Shown one piece after another: positions 1 to 9,363 of a DNA stretch of 33,367 nt. The notes beneath the pieces are model-generated. The model was not told the origin of the DNA. It saw only the letters and a list, made by a program, of their open reading frames with translations, and searched no databases. The first letter of the stretch is position 1. Every line of letters starts with the position of its first letter. The stretch is from Bacteroidota bacterium (GTDB taxonomy: Bacteria; Bacteroidota; Bacteroidia; NS11-12g; UBA955). Location of the stretch: NCBI GenBank assembly GCA_008081305.1, contig VMCP01000023.1, positions 1 to 33,367 of the forward strand, written 5' to 3'. A program made the position numbers and the translations under genes.

Positions 1-426
1 CCTTTCACAGTAAATGCCAATGATATTGATGTCACTGTTCTAGGTACTGGTTTTGACGTAGATGCTTTTCCAGATCAAGAGGTTCGAGTATTTGTGAAGC
101 ATGGAAAAGTACGTGTTAACAACCTTAAATCTGAAGCCATTCTTACCAAGAATCAAGGAGTGATTGCACAAACTGACTCCATATTTACTTGGAATAAAAC
201 ATCGAATCCATTGAGTGTTGAGAATGGGGTGATGCGCTTCAATGAAGCCGATTTGCACTTCGTAATCCAAAGTTTATCTAACCTCACAGGTAACAGTTTC
301 ACTTCCCCAGAAAAAGCAGAAAAACTTCTTTTCACGGGTAGTATTCCCTATGGTTTAAAGAGTGATGAAATTGCCACTATTCTGTCACAAGCCTTGAACG
401 TATCCATTACCGAGGCAAAAAACTGA
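1..426 (+). CDS. FecR-family anti-sigma factor / transmembrane sensor, C-terminal part (5' end lies outside the window)
   Basis: Frame 1 is open from base 1 (PFTVNANDIDVTVLGTGFDVDAF...) to TGA at 424-426. The V-x-V-x-GT-x-F-x-V beta-rich FecR core is followed by a DUF4974-like tail (MRFNEADLHFVIQSLSNLTGNSF...LLFTGSIP...DEIATILSQALNVSI). The GTG at 94 used by the ORF track is internal. Confidence 0.75.
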   Translation, partial: PFTVNANDIDVTVLGTGFDVDAFPDQEVRVFVKHGKVRVNNLKSEAILTKNQGVIAQTDSIFTWNKTSNPLSVENGVMRFNEADLHFVIQSLSNLTGNSFTSPEKAEKLLFTGSIPYGLKSDEIATILSQALNVSITEAKN

Positions 427-440
427 CGTTAGGCTCTGCA

Positions 441-458
441 TACATTTGATTAAATTTG
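441..458 (+). promoter_or_regulatory. Two tandem Bacteroidota -7 boxes (TACATTTG 441-448, TAAATTTG 451-458) upstream of ATG 470
   Basis: Both are exact matches to TAnnTTTG. The second lies 11 nt before ATG 470. Confidence 0.45.
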
Positions 459-469
459 TTAATCTAGGT

Positions 470-3400
470 ATGCGGAAACTCTGGCTCTTTCTGTTTTTTA
501 TACAACTTTCCACTCTTAAAGGGCAGGAATTATACTTTGAGCCAAACGTAGGTCAAATTACAGTTCCCCCAGATTACGAGCAATCCGCACCACTTGCCCT
601 AATCAAAGTCCCCTTAGGACAGATTTATGTCTTAAACGATCGACTACGATTACGCCTCATAAATCCAGAAGACAAGCCAAAAATTCATCAGTCCGTTCAC
701 TTCAAGGACATGGATACAAGCTTTACTATTCATTACCAAGTAATGGATGTGATATTCAGCGAAGCACAACCACCTAGCCAGGTGCTTTTTGAACGTCCCA
801 CCGAATTCTATTTTAACTATTATCTCTCAAAGAACCCCAAGGATTGGAAAACAGGAGTTACAGGGTACAAAGGCATTCGATTAACCGATATTTATCCAAA
901 CATAGACTTGAAGATATATACCCAAAAGGGTCATGTTGAATTTGATTGGATCTTAAAACAAGGTGCCAATGTAGACAACATTCAGTTGAAATGCGCTGGG
1001 GTAAAAAATACCGAAATCACATCTAAAGGATGGTCATTATTTGGGGAAAATGCCTCTTTTACACTGGGCCCTGCAATCGCTTTTCAAGAAAACAAACCAT
1101 TCAAATGCACCTATGTGCAAAAGTCCGAGAATGAAGTGTGGGTAAAAACACCAAATGTATCACCAACAAAACCATTTAGAATTGACCCCGTATTGGTTTT
1201 TAGTACGTATAGTGGCTCCACAGCAGATAATTTTGGATTCACGGCAACCTTTGATAATACGGGGTGTTTGTACGCGGGTGGAATCGTTGATGCCTCAAGT
1301 CGCAGTTACCCTGTAACAACCGGTGCTTTTCAAACTACTTACGGCGGAAGCAGTAACCCAGCAGAGCCCGTATATCTACCTTGTGATATCAGCATCAGCA
1401 AATACAGCCCGGACGGCTCAACGTTATTATATGCCACTTATTTGGGCGGAAATGATAACGAATATCCTCACAGTTTATGTACCGATTCTAAGGACAACCT
1501 CTTATTATTAGGTAGCACAGAGTCTGATGACTTCCCCATACACTTAGATTCAAATCTTCAAGTTAATTGGGCTGGAGGCTACGATATCGTCATGACCAAA
1601 TTCAATCCTTCCGGCACTCAAATGATGGGAGGCACCTACTTAGGAGGGCGTTTCAATGACGGTTTCCAAACCAACAATGCAGCGCTACGTAGTAATCTGT
1701 TGTTTAATTACGCCGATAACTATCGTGGAGATATCACCACCGATGAAAATGGGAATGTATACATCGCTACCTGCACTCAAACCGACGTTATCAATGGCAT
1801 CAATGGTTATCAATCAAAGAATAGCGGTCTCACAGATGGATTGGTTTTTTCTACTTCTCCCAATTTTAGTCAATTAAGGTGGGGGACTTTCCTCGGTGGA
1901 AACGAACACGATGCTGCCTACTCTTGCCGATTGGATAATCAAGGGCATTTATTTGTTGGCGGAGGTACGGAAAGTGATGATTTCCCTATTGAAGGAAATA
2001 ACCCATATGATACCGTTTACAGGCAAGCAATAGATGGTTTCATTTCAAAGCTAGATGCAAGCGATGGTAACTATTTGGCCGGTACCTATTGGGGTAATTG
2101 GGGAATATCACCTGAACCTGTGGCCTATGATCAAATCTATTTTATTGATTTAGACCCCGATGGTAAAGTGTATTTCACAGGACAAACAACGGGAGATATT
2201 ACGCGAACTTCTGGAATATACGGCCAAGATAGAAGCGGGCAGATGATCGGCCGTTTTGATAATGACCTGACCACTTTAGAACTCATTACCACATTTGGCA
2301 ATACAGATAGGGGCAACCCAAGTTTAAGCCCTTCAGCTTTTATGGTAGATGACTGCTACCAGATTTATTTTAGCGGTTGGGGCTCTAATATTGGCGTAGG
2401 AAACAATGGAACTACCGACGGTTTGGAAGTAACCACAGATGCTCACCAATCAAACACTGATGGAAATGACTTCTACCTTCTTGCATTATCTAAAGATGCC
2501 AAATCACTATTATACGCTTCGTATTTTGGAGGAGATGAAAGCGAAGATCACGTGGATGGTGGTACCAGTCGTTTTGATAAACGTGGAATTGTGTATCAGT
2601 CGGTTTGTGCATCTTGCCCAAACCAACCTCCTGGATTGAATGATTTTCCTACAACAACAGGAGCTGCTTTTGAAGATAACATCAGTATTAGATGCTCCAA
2701 TGCAAGTTTCAAACTCGACTTTCGACTCGGTTATTCCATTGATGCGAAATTCCGTACCGTTCAAACCTTATGCTTGAAACAACGAAATGAATTCACCCCG
2801 GTGAATCGCTACACTGCAGATTATTTCTGGGATTTTGGTGATGGAGATACTTCAACTCTATTTAGTCCAATACATACCTATAAGGATACCGGAACATACC
2901 GTGTTTACCTTAGGGTGGTTGAACCGAATAGTTGTAATGTAGAGGCCCTGGATTCATTCGATGTGACCGTAATCTTGTCACCGGAAGCCGAAGTTGAACA
3001 GTTTATTCAACCCTGCGAATCAGGCGTTCTTTTCCAAGCCAAAGGAGATGCTTTTGATAGCATTTTTTGGGACTTTGGAGACAATTCAGAAATCATCATC
3101 AATGACAATCCGGTAACCCATGAATTTGATAACCCAAATTTTAATTGTACAGTGATTTTCAAGAATTCACTTACAGGATGTGTAGATACCCAATTTGTAA
3201 CAGGAAACGATACATCAGGAAAAATACAAGAGCTTCAGATTGCCAATACCATTACCCCAAACAACGATGGGTTTAATGACTGTTTTCGTATTTATGGCTT
3301 TTCCCCAGAATGCGAGAAAGGGTATTTAAGAATTTACAACCGTTGGGGTGCATTGGTATTTCACACCGATGATCTTGCACACTGTTGGGATGGTACGGTT

Positions 3401-3517
3401 GAAAACGCTGGTCCTGAAGTACCCTCGGGTACCTATTTCTACATCCTAGATTTAGAAGAAACGCAGAATCCGAACAACCCTAAAATGCTGAATGGGGTTA
3501 TTCACGTCATCCGGTAA
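470..3517 (+). CDS. Secreted beta-propeller (SBBP-repeat) / 2x PKD protein with a T9SS type-B C-terminal sorting domain
   Basis: Signal peptide MRKLWLFLFFIQLSTLKGQ. Repeated Y/F-LGG...D...G-x-T-x-S-DDFPI units (YATYLGGNDNEY...GSTESDDFPI; WGTFLGGNEHD...GGTESDDFPI; YASYFGGDESED) are typical of SBBP propellers. There are two PKD signatures (YFWDFGDGDTS..HTYKDTGTYRVYL; IFWDFGDNSE). The C-terminus ITPNNDGFNDCFRIYG...YNRWGALVFH...WDG...VPSGTYFYIL matches the gliding-motility/CHU_C type-B CTD. I prefer ATG 470 over the track's TTG 446 because of the promoter boxes and the signal peptide. Confidence 0.85.
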   Translation: MRKLWLFLFFIQLSTLKGQELYFEPNVGQITVPPDYEQSAPLALIKVPLGQIYVLNDRLRLRLINPEDKPKIHQSVHFKDMDTSFTIHYQVMDVIFSEAQPPSQVLFERPTEFYFNYYLSKNPKDWKTGVTGYKGIRLTDIYPNIDLKIYTQKGHVEFDWILKQGANVDNIQLKCAGVKNTEITSKGWSLFGENASFTLGPAIAFQENKPFKCTYVQKSENEVWVKTPNVSPTKPFRIDPVLVFSTYSGSTADNFGFTATFDNTGCLYAGGIVDASSRSYPVTTGAFQTTYGGSSNPAEPVYLPCDISISKYSPDGSTLLYATYLGGNDNEYPHSLCTDSKDNLLLLGSTESDDFPIHLDSNLQVNWAGGYDIVMTKFNPSGTQMMGGTYLGGRFNDGFQTNNAALRSNLLFNYADNYRGDITTDENGNVYIATCTQTDVINGINGYQSKNSGLTDGLVFSTSPNFSQLRWGTFLGGNEHDAAYSCRLDNQGHLFVGGGTESDDFPIEGNNPYDTVYRQAIDGFISKLDASDGNYLAGTYWGNWGISPEPVAYDQIYFIDLDPDGKVYFTGQTTGDITRTSGIYGQDRSGQMIGRFDNDLTTLELITTFGNTDRGNPSLSPSAFMVDDCYQIYFSGWGSNIGVGNNGTTDGLEVTTDAHQSNTDGNDFYLLALSKDAKSLLYASYFGGDESEDHVDGGTSRFDKRGIVYQSVCASCPNQPPGLNDFPTTTGAAFEDNISIRCSNASFKLDFRLGYSIDAKFRTVQTLCLKQRNEFTPVNRYTADYFWDFGDGDTSTLFSPIHTYKDTGTYRVYLRVVEPNSCNVEALDSFDVTVILSPEAEVEQFIQPCESGVLFQAKGDAFDSIFWDFGDNSEIIINDNPVTHEFDNPNFNCTVIFKNSLTGCVDTQFVTGNDTSGKIQELQIANTITPNNDGFNDCFRIYGFSPECEKGYLRIYNRWGALVFHTDDLAHCWDGTVENAGPEVPSGTYFYILDLEETQNPNNPKMLNGVIHVIR
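3224..3514 (+). other. T9SS type-B (gliding motility-associated) C-terminal sorting domain within the CDS above
   Basis: Motif string TPNNDGxND-F-I...YNRWG-x-VF...WDG...G-x-VP-x-GTYFY occupies the last ~95 residues. Confidence 0.8.
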
Positions 3518-3522
3518 CTATC

Positions 3523-4389
3523 TCAAAGTCCACGCTTGATTTTCGCCACAAGACCTTGAAGGACTTTTCCTGGTCCTACTTCGGTGAATTCCTCGGCTCC
3601 ATCTTTAATCATGTTGGTCACAGACTGTGTCCACCTCACAGGTGCCGTTAACTGAGAAATTAACTGCGATTTGATTTCAGACGGGTCGGTTTGTGGACTA
3701 GCGGATACATTTTGATAAACTGGACATACAGGGGAATTGAAATTTGTTTCACCAATGGCTGAGGCCAATTTTTCTCTGGCCGGCTCCATTAAAGGGGAAT
3801 GAAAAGCACCACCTACGGGTAAAATCAAGGCTCTTTTGGCTCCCGCCTCTTTCATTTTTTCGCAAGCTGCTTCTACAGCTGAAACAGCTCCAGAAATAAC
3901 CAACTGACCGGGGCAGTTATAGTTTGCTGCCACAACCACACCATCAATATCCTCGCAAATCTGTTCTACTGTTTCATCAGCCAAGGCCAAAACAGCAGCC
4001 ATGGTACCTGCTTCTATTTCGCAAGCTTCTTGCATGGCTAATGCACGTTGATGAACCAGCTTTAATCCATCTTCAAAACTTAAAACACCAGCAGCTACTA
4101 ATGCACTAAATTCACCTAAGCTGTGTCCTGCAACCATATCTGGTTGAAATTCAGAACCCATTTCCATTGCTGCAATTACGCTATGAATAAATATAGCCGG
4201 CTGAGTTACATCGGTACGTTTCAAATCATCAGCAGTTCCCTCAAACATCAAATCCGTAATTCTAAAACCTAAGATGTCATTTGCCTTTTCAAATAACTCC
4301 TTGGCAGAATTTGATTCTTCGTACAAATCTTTTCCCATTCCAACGAACTGAGAACCCTGTCCAGGAAATACGTATGCGTGTTTAGTCAT
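3523..4389 (-). CDS. fabD: Malonyl-CoA:ACP transacylase
   Basis: N-terminus MTKHAYVFPGQGSQFVGMG, active-site GHSLGEFSAL, and GAFHSPLM. The start is placed at ATG 4389; the track's 4404 is an upstream TTG. Confidence 0.93.
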   Translation of the reverse strand: MTKHAYVFPGQGSQFVGMGKDLYEESNSAKELFEKANDILGFRITDLMFEGTADDLKRTDVTQPAIFIHSVIAAMEMGSEFQPDMVAGHSLGEFSALVAAGVLSFEDGLKLVHQRALAMQEACEIEAGTMAAVLALADETVEQICEDIDGVVVAANYNCPGQLVISGAVSAVEAACEKMKEAGAKRALILPVGGAFHSPLMEPAREKLASAIGETNFNSPVCPVYQNVSASPQTDPSEIKSQLISQLTAPVRWTQSVTNMIKDGAEEFTEVGPGKVLQGLVAKIKRGL

Positions 4390-4427
4390 ACCGCAAAAAA
4401 ACAACTTTTTGAGTAAAAGAACCCTCT

Positions 4428-6326
4428 TTAATCCTCATTCAACTCGAGCCACCGCCACTCCTTTTGGTCTAGCTCTTCTTTTAATGCTCCCAATTCCTCA
4501 CTCAATTCAGTGATTTTCTCAAAATCCGTAGTCTGCTGATTTAGGTTTTCCTCAATCACTTTAATTTTCTCTTTTAACTGAGGGATATCTTTTTCAATTT
4601 GATCCAATTCGTACTGCTCTTTATAGCTTCGTTTCTTTTTGTTTTGTTCTTTCTTTATCGAAGGGCTTATATTGTAATCTTTGATCTTTGGGCTTTTACT
4701 TTCCTCTTCTCTCGAGGCTTGTTCTTGTAAATCTAAATACTCTCGATAATCGGAGTAATTACCCGGAAAATCTTGCCATTCGCCTTTCCCTTTACTCACA
4801 AAACAATGATCCACGATACGATCCATAAAATAACGATCGTGACTCACCACTAACAAAGTCCCCTTATACGATTGTAAAAAAGTCTCAAGCACCGACATGG
4901 TTTCGATATCAAGATCGTTTGTTGGCTCATCCAAAATAAGGAAGTTCGGCGCTTTCATTAAGACGGTTAAAAGAAACAATCGTCGTTTTTCACCCCCGCT
5001 CAGCTTTACCACATAATCGTGTTGTTTATCATAGCTAAATCCAAATTGTAACAACATCTGAGAGGCGGTGAGTTTATGACCATTGGATAATGGAATCCAT
5101 TCTGCAATATCTGTCACAACATCAATCACCTTCTTTGACCCCTCGACCTGAAAAGTTTCCTGTTTGTAATATCCCAAATTCACCGTTTCACCTAACACCA
5201 CTTTACCTGAATCTGCTTCTTCCAATCCAGCGATCAAATTCAGTAGGGTAGTTTTTCCCGCCCCATTCGGCCCAATAATGCCCACTTTTTCTCCTCTTTT
5301 AAAATGATAAGTAAAGCTCTCCAATATCTTGAGGTCACCGTAATTCTTTGAAATGCGATGTAGCTCAATCACTTTGGTACCGATGTATTCCGTTCGAACA
5401 TCAATTTTAACCTCTGTTTTTTGTCTTTGGGCTTTTAATCGTTTCTCTAAAACCTCAAAAGACTCAATCCTACTCTTACTTTTGGTTCCTCTTGCTTTGG
5501 GCATTCTTCTCACCCACTCCAGCTCTCTTCGGTATAGATTTTTATCCTTTTCTATTTCACGCTCACGCTGGGCTTCCCTCTCTGCTTTCTTCTCAATGTA
5601 ATACGAGAAATTACCCTCATAATGAAATAAATCCCCACGATCCAATTCAATGATTCTATTGCAAACCCGATCGAGAAAATACCGATCATGGGTTACCAAC
5701 AACAAGGTTAAATCTCTTTGGGTTAAAAATTGCTCTAACCACTCAATCATATCGAGATCAAGGTGATTGGTGGGTTCATCTAAAATCAGAAAATCAGCAT
5801 TTGACAATATCACTTTGGCGAGTGCAATTCTTTTTTTCTGCCCGCCCGATAGCGTAGATGCTTTTTGATTAAATCGGTCTAGTTTCAGTTTGGTCAACAC
5901 TTGTTTAACCTTCGACTCATGATCCCAGGCCTCCAATGTATTCATCTCTTCCGACACGGCATCTAGGCGTTTGATATACTCCGGATTTTGAGGTTCTACC
6001 TCACATAGAGATAACACCTCATTGTAACGGCGGATTACATGATTGATCTCTAAATCGTCAAAAAGAATATTCTCAATTACCGTTAACTCTGGATCGACAT
6101 CGTTATTCTGAGATAAGTAAGACCAATTCATATCCTTTCGAAGGATAGCCTTCCCCGAATCGGGACTTTCCTTTCCTGTAGCTATATTTAGAAGGGTTGT
6201 TTTGCCTTGTCCATTGGCGGCAACCAAAGCCACTTTTTCTCCTTTCTGTATCCCCATCGTAACATTTTTTAAAACAGGGTTATCATGCCAAGTCTTTGAT
6301 ACCTGATCTATAGAGAGAAAATTCAT
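4428..6326 (-). CDS. ABC-F family ATPase (Uup-like, with a C-terminal coiled-coil extension)
   Basis: Two ABC cassettes (Walker A ANGQGKTT and GPNGAGKTT; signatures LSGGQKKR and LSGGEKRR; Walker B LILDEPTNHLD twice). An R/K/E-rich inter-domain linker and a charged helical tail are present. There is no membrane domain. Confidence 0.9.
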   Translation of the reverse strand: MNFLSIDQVSKTWHDNPVLKNVTMGIQKGEKVALVAANGQGKTTLLNIATGKESPDSGKAILRKDMNWSYLSQNNDVDPELTVIENILFDDLEINHVIRRYNEVLSLCEVEPQNPEYIKRLDAVSEEMNTLEAWDHESKVKQVLTKLKLDRFNQKASTLSGGQKKRIALAKVILSNADFLILDEPTNHLDLDMIEWLEQFLTQRDLTLLLVTHDRYFLDRVCNRIIELDRGDLFHYEGNFSYYIEKKAEREAQREREIEKDKNLYRRELEWVRRMPKARGTKSKSRIESFEVLEKRLKAQRQKTEVKIDVRTEYIGTKVIELHRISKNYGDLKILESFTYHFKRGEKVGIIGPNGAGKTTLLNLIAGLEEADSGKVVLGETVNLGYYKQETFQVEGSKKVIDVVTDIAEWIPLSNGHKLTASQMLLQFGFSYDKQHDYVVKLSGGEKRRLFLLTVLMKAPNFLILDEPTNDLDIETMSVLETFLQSYKGTLLVVSHDRYFMDRIVDHCFVSKGKGEWQDFPGNYSDYREYLDLQEQASREEESKSPKIKDYNISPSIKKEQNKKKRSYKEQYELDQIEKDIPQLKEKIKVIEENLNQQTTDFEKITELSEELGALKEELDQKEWRWLELNED

Positions 6327-6331
6327 CGCTG

Positions 6332-6339
6332 CAAAAGTA
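6332..6339 (-). promoter_or_regulatory. -7 box TACTTTTG (minus strand), 5 nt upstream of the ABC-F ATG
   Basis: The plus strand reads CAAAAGTA, and the CAT of the start codon is at 6324-6326. Confidence 0.45.
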
Positions 6340-6391
6340 CGCTCAAACGTTAGAAAAGGAATTCCGCCGTGACTAATTGTACTTTTACATC

Positions 6392-7033
6392 GTGAAGATA
6401 GAAGTGTGGTCAGATATAGCCTGTCCCTTTTGCTACTTGGGTAAACATCAGTTGATAAATGCCATCAATAAAGTTCCATACTCGGAAGAAATCAGCATCG
6501 TATGGAAAAGTTTCGAGCTTAACCCGGAAATCATGGCTCATGAGAATCGCACAGTAAATGAGTACTTAAACGAAACAAGAGGTATGAGTTCTGAGCAAAT
6601 AGAGGTTATGCAAACCCGTATTAAGGAGCAAGCTGTAAGTCTTGGCGTTGAATTTAACTTTCATAAAACCAAGATGTATAACACTCGGAAAGCTCATGCA
6701 TTGTTACACATAGCTCAAAAATCAAATCTAGGAAATGAAATAAAAGAAGAACTATTCAGACATCACTTTACCTTGGGCTCAAACCTTCAGAATGACACCA
6801 TACTTCAGGGAATAGCTGAAACATTTCAACTTGACGTAAGCCCTTGGGGAGATGACCCTTTCAACCATCCAGAATTAGCCGATGAAATAACCCTCGATCA
6901 ATACCAAGCACAACAAGTTGGTGCAAGAGGAGTTCCCTTCTTTGTTTTTGATGGTCAATATTCATTGAGTGGAGCACATGGAGAGGATGTTATTTACAAA
7001 GTAATGGACACGGTAAAAATGAAAACTCCGTAA
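6392..7033 (+). CDS. DsbA-family (FrnE-like) thiol oxidoreductase, no signal peptide
   Basis: A GTG start gives (M)KIEVWSDIACPFCYLGK, the canonical N-terminus and CPFC active site of cytoplasmic DsbA/FrnE-like proteins. RGVPFFVF lies near the C-terminus. A near-consensus -7 box TACTTTTA at 6380-6387 argues against the track's TTG 6377 start. Confidence 0.8.
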   Translation: MKIEVWSDIACPFCYLGKHQLINAINKVPYSEEISIVWKSFELNPEIMAHENRTVNEYLNETRGMSSEQIEVMQTRIKEQAVSLGVEFNFHKTKMYNTRKAHALLHIAQKSNLGNEIKEELFRHHFTLGSNLQNDTILQGIAETFQLDVSPWGDDPFNHPELADEITLDQYQAQQVGARGVPFFVFDGQYSLSGAHGEDVIYKVMDTVKMKTP

Positions 7034-7062
7034 CCTTTATTTAGAAATCGTAATATTGTTAC

Positions 7063-7518
7063 ATGATTTATCGTTTCGAACAATTCGAAGACTTCATAGC
7101 TCAAATTCCTGAAGATCGAAAGGAACCTATGACACGCATTTTTGAATTGATTTCAGATAATCTACCATCTGGATTTGAATATCAAAAGCAATATTCTATG
7201 CCCTCATTTGTTGTGCCGCATTCAAAGTACCCTGATGGATACCATTGTGACCCAAAACAACCATTGCCCTTTATCAGTATTGCATCACAAAAAAACTTTA
7301 TCGCGTTGTATCACATGGGTCTCTATGCAAACCCAGAGCTACACAATTGGTTCGTAAACGAATATCCTAAACATTGCAAATACAAATTAGATATGGGCAA
7401 AAGTTGCATACGTTTTAAAAAGATGAATGACATTCCATACGACTTGCTCAAAGAACTATTCCAAAAACAAACTCCCGAAGATTGGATTGCGCTATACGAG
7501 CGTAACGTCAAAGGCTAA
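7063..7518 (+). CDS. DUF1801 (YdhG-like) domain protein
   Basis: Small cytoplasmic protein with the ...NFIALYHMG...KSCIRFKK...IP..LLKEL... pattern typical of DUF1801. Function unknown. Confidence 0.6.
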   Translation: MIYRFEQFEDFIAQIPEDRKEPMTRIFELISDNLPSGFEYQKQYSMPSFVVPHSKYPDGYHCDPKQPLPFISIASQKNFIALYHMGLYANPELHNWFVNEYPKHCKYKLDMGKSCIRFKKMNDIPYDLLKELFQKQTPEDWIALYERNVKG

Positions 7519-9195
7519 TTAGGTTTGAAGCACTCCCGGGTGGAATGGTTCAATGGATGCATGATTTGCTCCTTCAATACCCATAGAAATCCACTTGCGA
7601 GTTTCTAGTGGGTTGATGATAGCATCTACCCATAAACGCGATGCTGCAAATTCGGGTTTTGTACCGTTATCATAGCGTCCTTTGATTTTACCTAATAACT
7701 CTTTTTCTGCCTCATCTGTGATTTCTTCTCCTTTACCTTTTAGTCTAGATTTTTCGATTTGCAACAGCGTATTTGCTGCTTGATCACCGCCCATAACAGC
7801 AATTTTAGCGGAAGGCCAAGCTACAATTAAACGCGGATCATAGGCTTTACCACACATTGCGTAATTGCCGGCTCCATAGCTATTACCCATAATAACAGTG
7901 AATTTTGGTACCGTGCTATTGCTCATAGCCATCACCATTTTTGCTCCATCTTTAATGATTCCGCCATGCTCACTTCGACTGCCTACCATGAAACCTGTAA
8001 CGTCCTGAAAAAATACCAATGGAATTTTTTTCTGATTGCAATTCATGATAAAACGAGCCGCCTTATCTGCACTGTCTGAGTAAATGACCCCTCCAAACTG
8101 CATTTCCCCTTTGGCATTTTTCACAATCTCACGGTTATTCGCTACGATGCCCACTGCCCAACCATCAATTCGAGCGTAACCACAAATAATGGTTCGGCCG
8201 TAATCTTCTTTGTATTGCTCAAACTCGCTATCATCCACGAGACGCTCAATGACTTCAATTGTTTTGTAAGGCTTTGCTCTATCGGCAGGTAATAAACCAA
8301 ACAGCTCTTTTTCTTCTTTTTTGGGCTTTTTGGGTTCGGATCGATCAAAGCCAGCTTTGTCAGCTGCGCCTATTTTATCCATGATATATTTCACCCGGTC
8401 TAAGCAAGATTCATCATCGGGGAATTTATCATCAATCACACCGGAAATTTCTGTTTGTGTTGTAGCGCCACCAAGCGTTTCATTGTCTACTGACTCTCCT
8501 ATCGCCGCTTTCACTAAATAACTACCCGCTAGGAAAATACTTCCATTTCCTTCAACAATTAATGCTTCATCGCTCATGATAGGGAGATACGCACCACCTG
8601 CAACGCAAGAACCCATCACCGCCGCTATTTGTGTAATACCCATTGCGCTCATCTTCGCATTATTACGGAACATGCGTCCGAAATGTTCTTTATCTGCGAA
8701 GATTTCATCTTGCATTGGTAAAAAAACACCAGCACTATCTACCAAGTAAATAATGGGTAAATGATTCTCCATGGCAATTTCTTGAGCCCGTAGGTTCTTT
8801 TTACCTGTAATTGGAAACCATGCTCCTGCTTTAACAGTGGCATCATTGGCTACAATTACACACTGCCTTCCTGATACATATCCAATTCCAGCTACAACGC
8901 CACCCGCAGGGCACCCTCCGTAATCCTCGTATTGTTCAAATCCAGCAAATGCACCAATTTCGATCCAATTGGAATCTGAATCTCTCAAATAATCTACTCT
9001 TTCTCTCGCCAACAACTTTCCTTTGGCTTTTTGTTTTTGCGCGGATTTTTCTCCTCCACCTAATTCAATTTTGGTTAGTTTAGCCTGTACCGCATCCCAA
9101 AGTTGCTTGTTAACATCCTCGTTTTTATTGAATCCTAAATCCTGCTTTGCCATCTTCTTCGAAAATAACTCTTTTTCGACTGAAGCCTCCATCAA
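7519..9195 (-). CDS. Acyl-CoA carboxylase carboxyltransferase (beta) subunit, propionyl-/methylcrotonyl-CoA carboxylase type
   Basis: Two crotonase-like CT halves with GGGEK...ARERV, VVANDATVKAGAW, CVAGGAYLP, GGVIYSDSADKAARFI and GNSYGAGNYAMCG. The start is ambiguous (ATG 9195 or ATG 9153, MAKQDLGFNKNED...). Confidence 0.9.
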   Translation of the reverse strand: MMEASVEKELFSKKMAKQDLGFNKNEDVNKQLWDAVQAKLTKIELGGGEKSAQKQKAKGKLLARERVDYLRDSDSNWIEIGAFAGFEQYEDYGGCPAGGVVAGIGYVSGRQCVIVANDATVKAGAWFPITGKKNLRAQEIAMENHLPIIYLVDSAGVFLPMQDEIFADKEHFGRMFRNNAKMSAMGITQIAAVMGSCVAGGAYLPIMSDEALIVEGNGSIFLAGSYLVKAAIGESVDNETLGGATTQTEISGVIDDKFPDDESCLDRVKYIMDKIGAADKAGFDRSEPKKPKKEEKELFGLLPADRAKPYKTIEVIERLVDDSEFEQYKEDYGRTIICGYARIDGWAVGIVANNREIVKNAKGEMQFGGVIYSDSADKAARFIMNCNQKKIPLVFFQDVTGFMVGSRSEHGGIIKDGAKMVMAMSNSTVPKFTVIMGNSYGAGNYAMCGKAYDPRLIVAWPSAKIAVMGGDQAANTLLQIEKSRLKGKGEEITDEAEKELLGKIKGRYDNGTKPEFAASRLWVDAIINPLETRKWISMGIEGANHASIEPFHPGVLQT

Positions 9196-9252
9196 AAGAT
9201 ACGATATAGGCTATTAAATTGGCGAATTAACGGTAACACCAATAAATTCACC

Positions 9253-9260
9253 TACCTTTG
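9253..9260 (+). promoter_or_regulatory. -7 box TACCTTTG, with a TTG at 9229-9231 in roughly -33 position; implies a ~100-nt leader for the helicase gene
   Basis: Exact TAnnTTTG match. No ATG occurs between it and 9364. Confidence 0.4.
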
Positions 9261-9363
9261 CGCCGCAATAGTTTGCGAGTGGGGAGTATTTTAGTTCAAA
9301 CTGCGTGGTCAGTTTCAACGCCTTAGATTTTCTGCTTAACGGTGTTGCCCTTTAAAATATTTA

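Noticed and set aside
446-469. TTG 446 as the start of the T9SS cargo protein (the track's coordinate).
   Set aside because: It would place both -7 boxes inside or at the coding start. ATG 470 gives a standard signal peptide (MRKLWLFLFF...).
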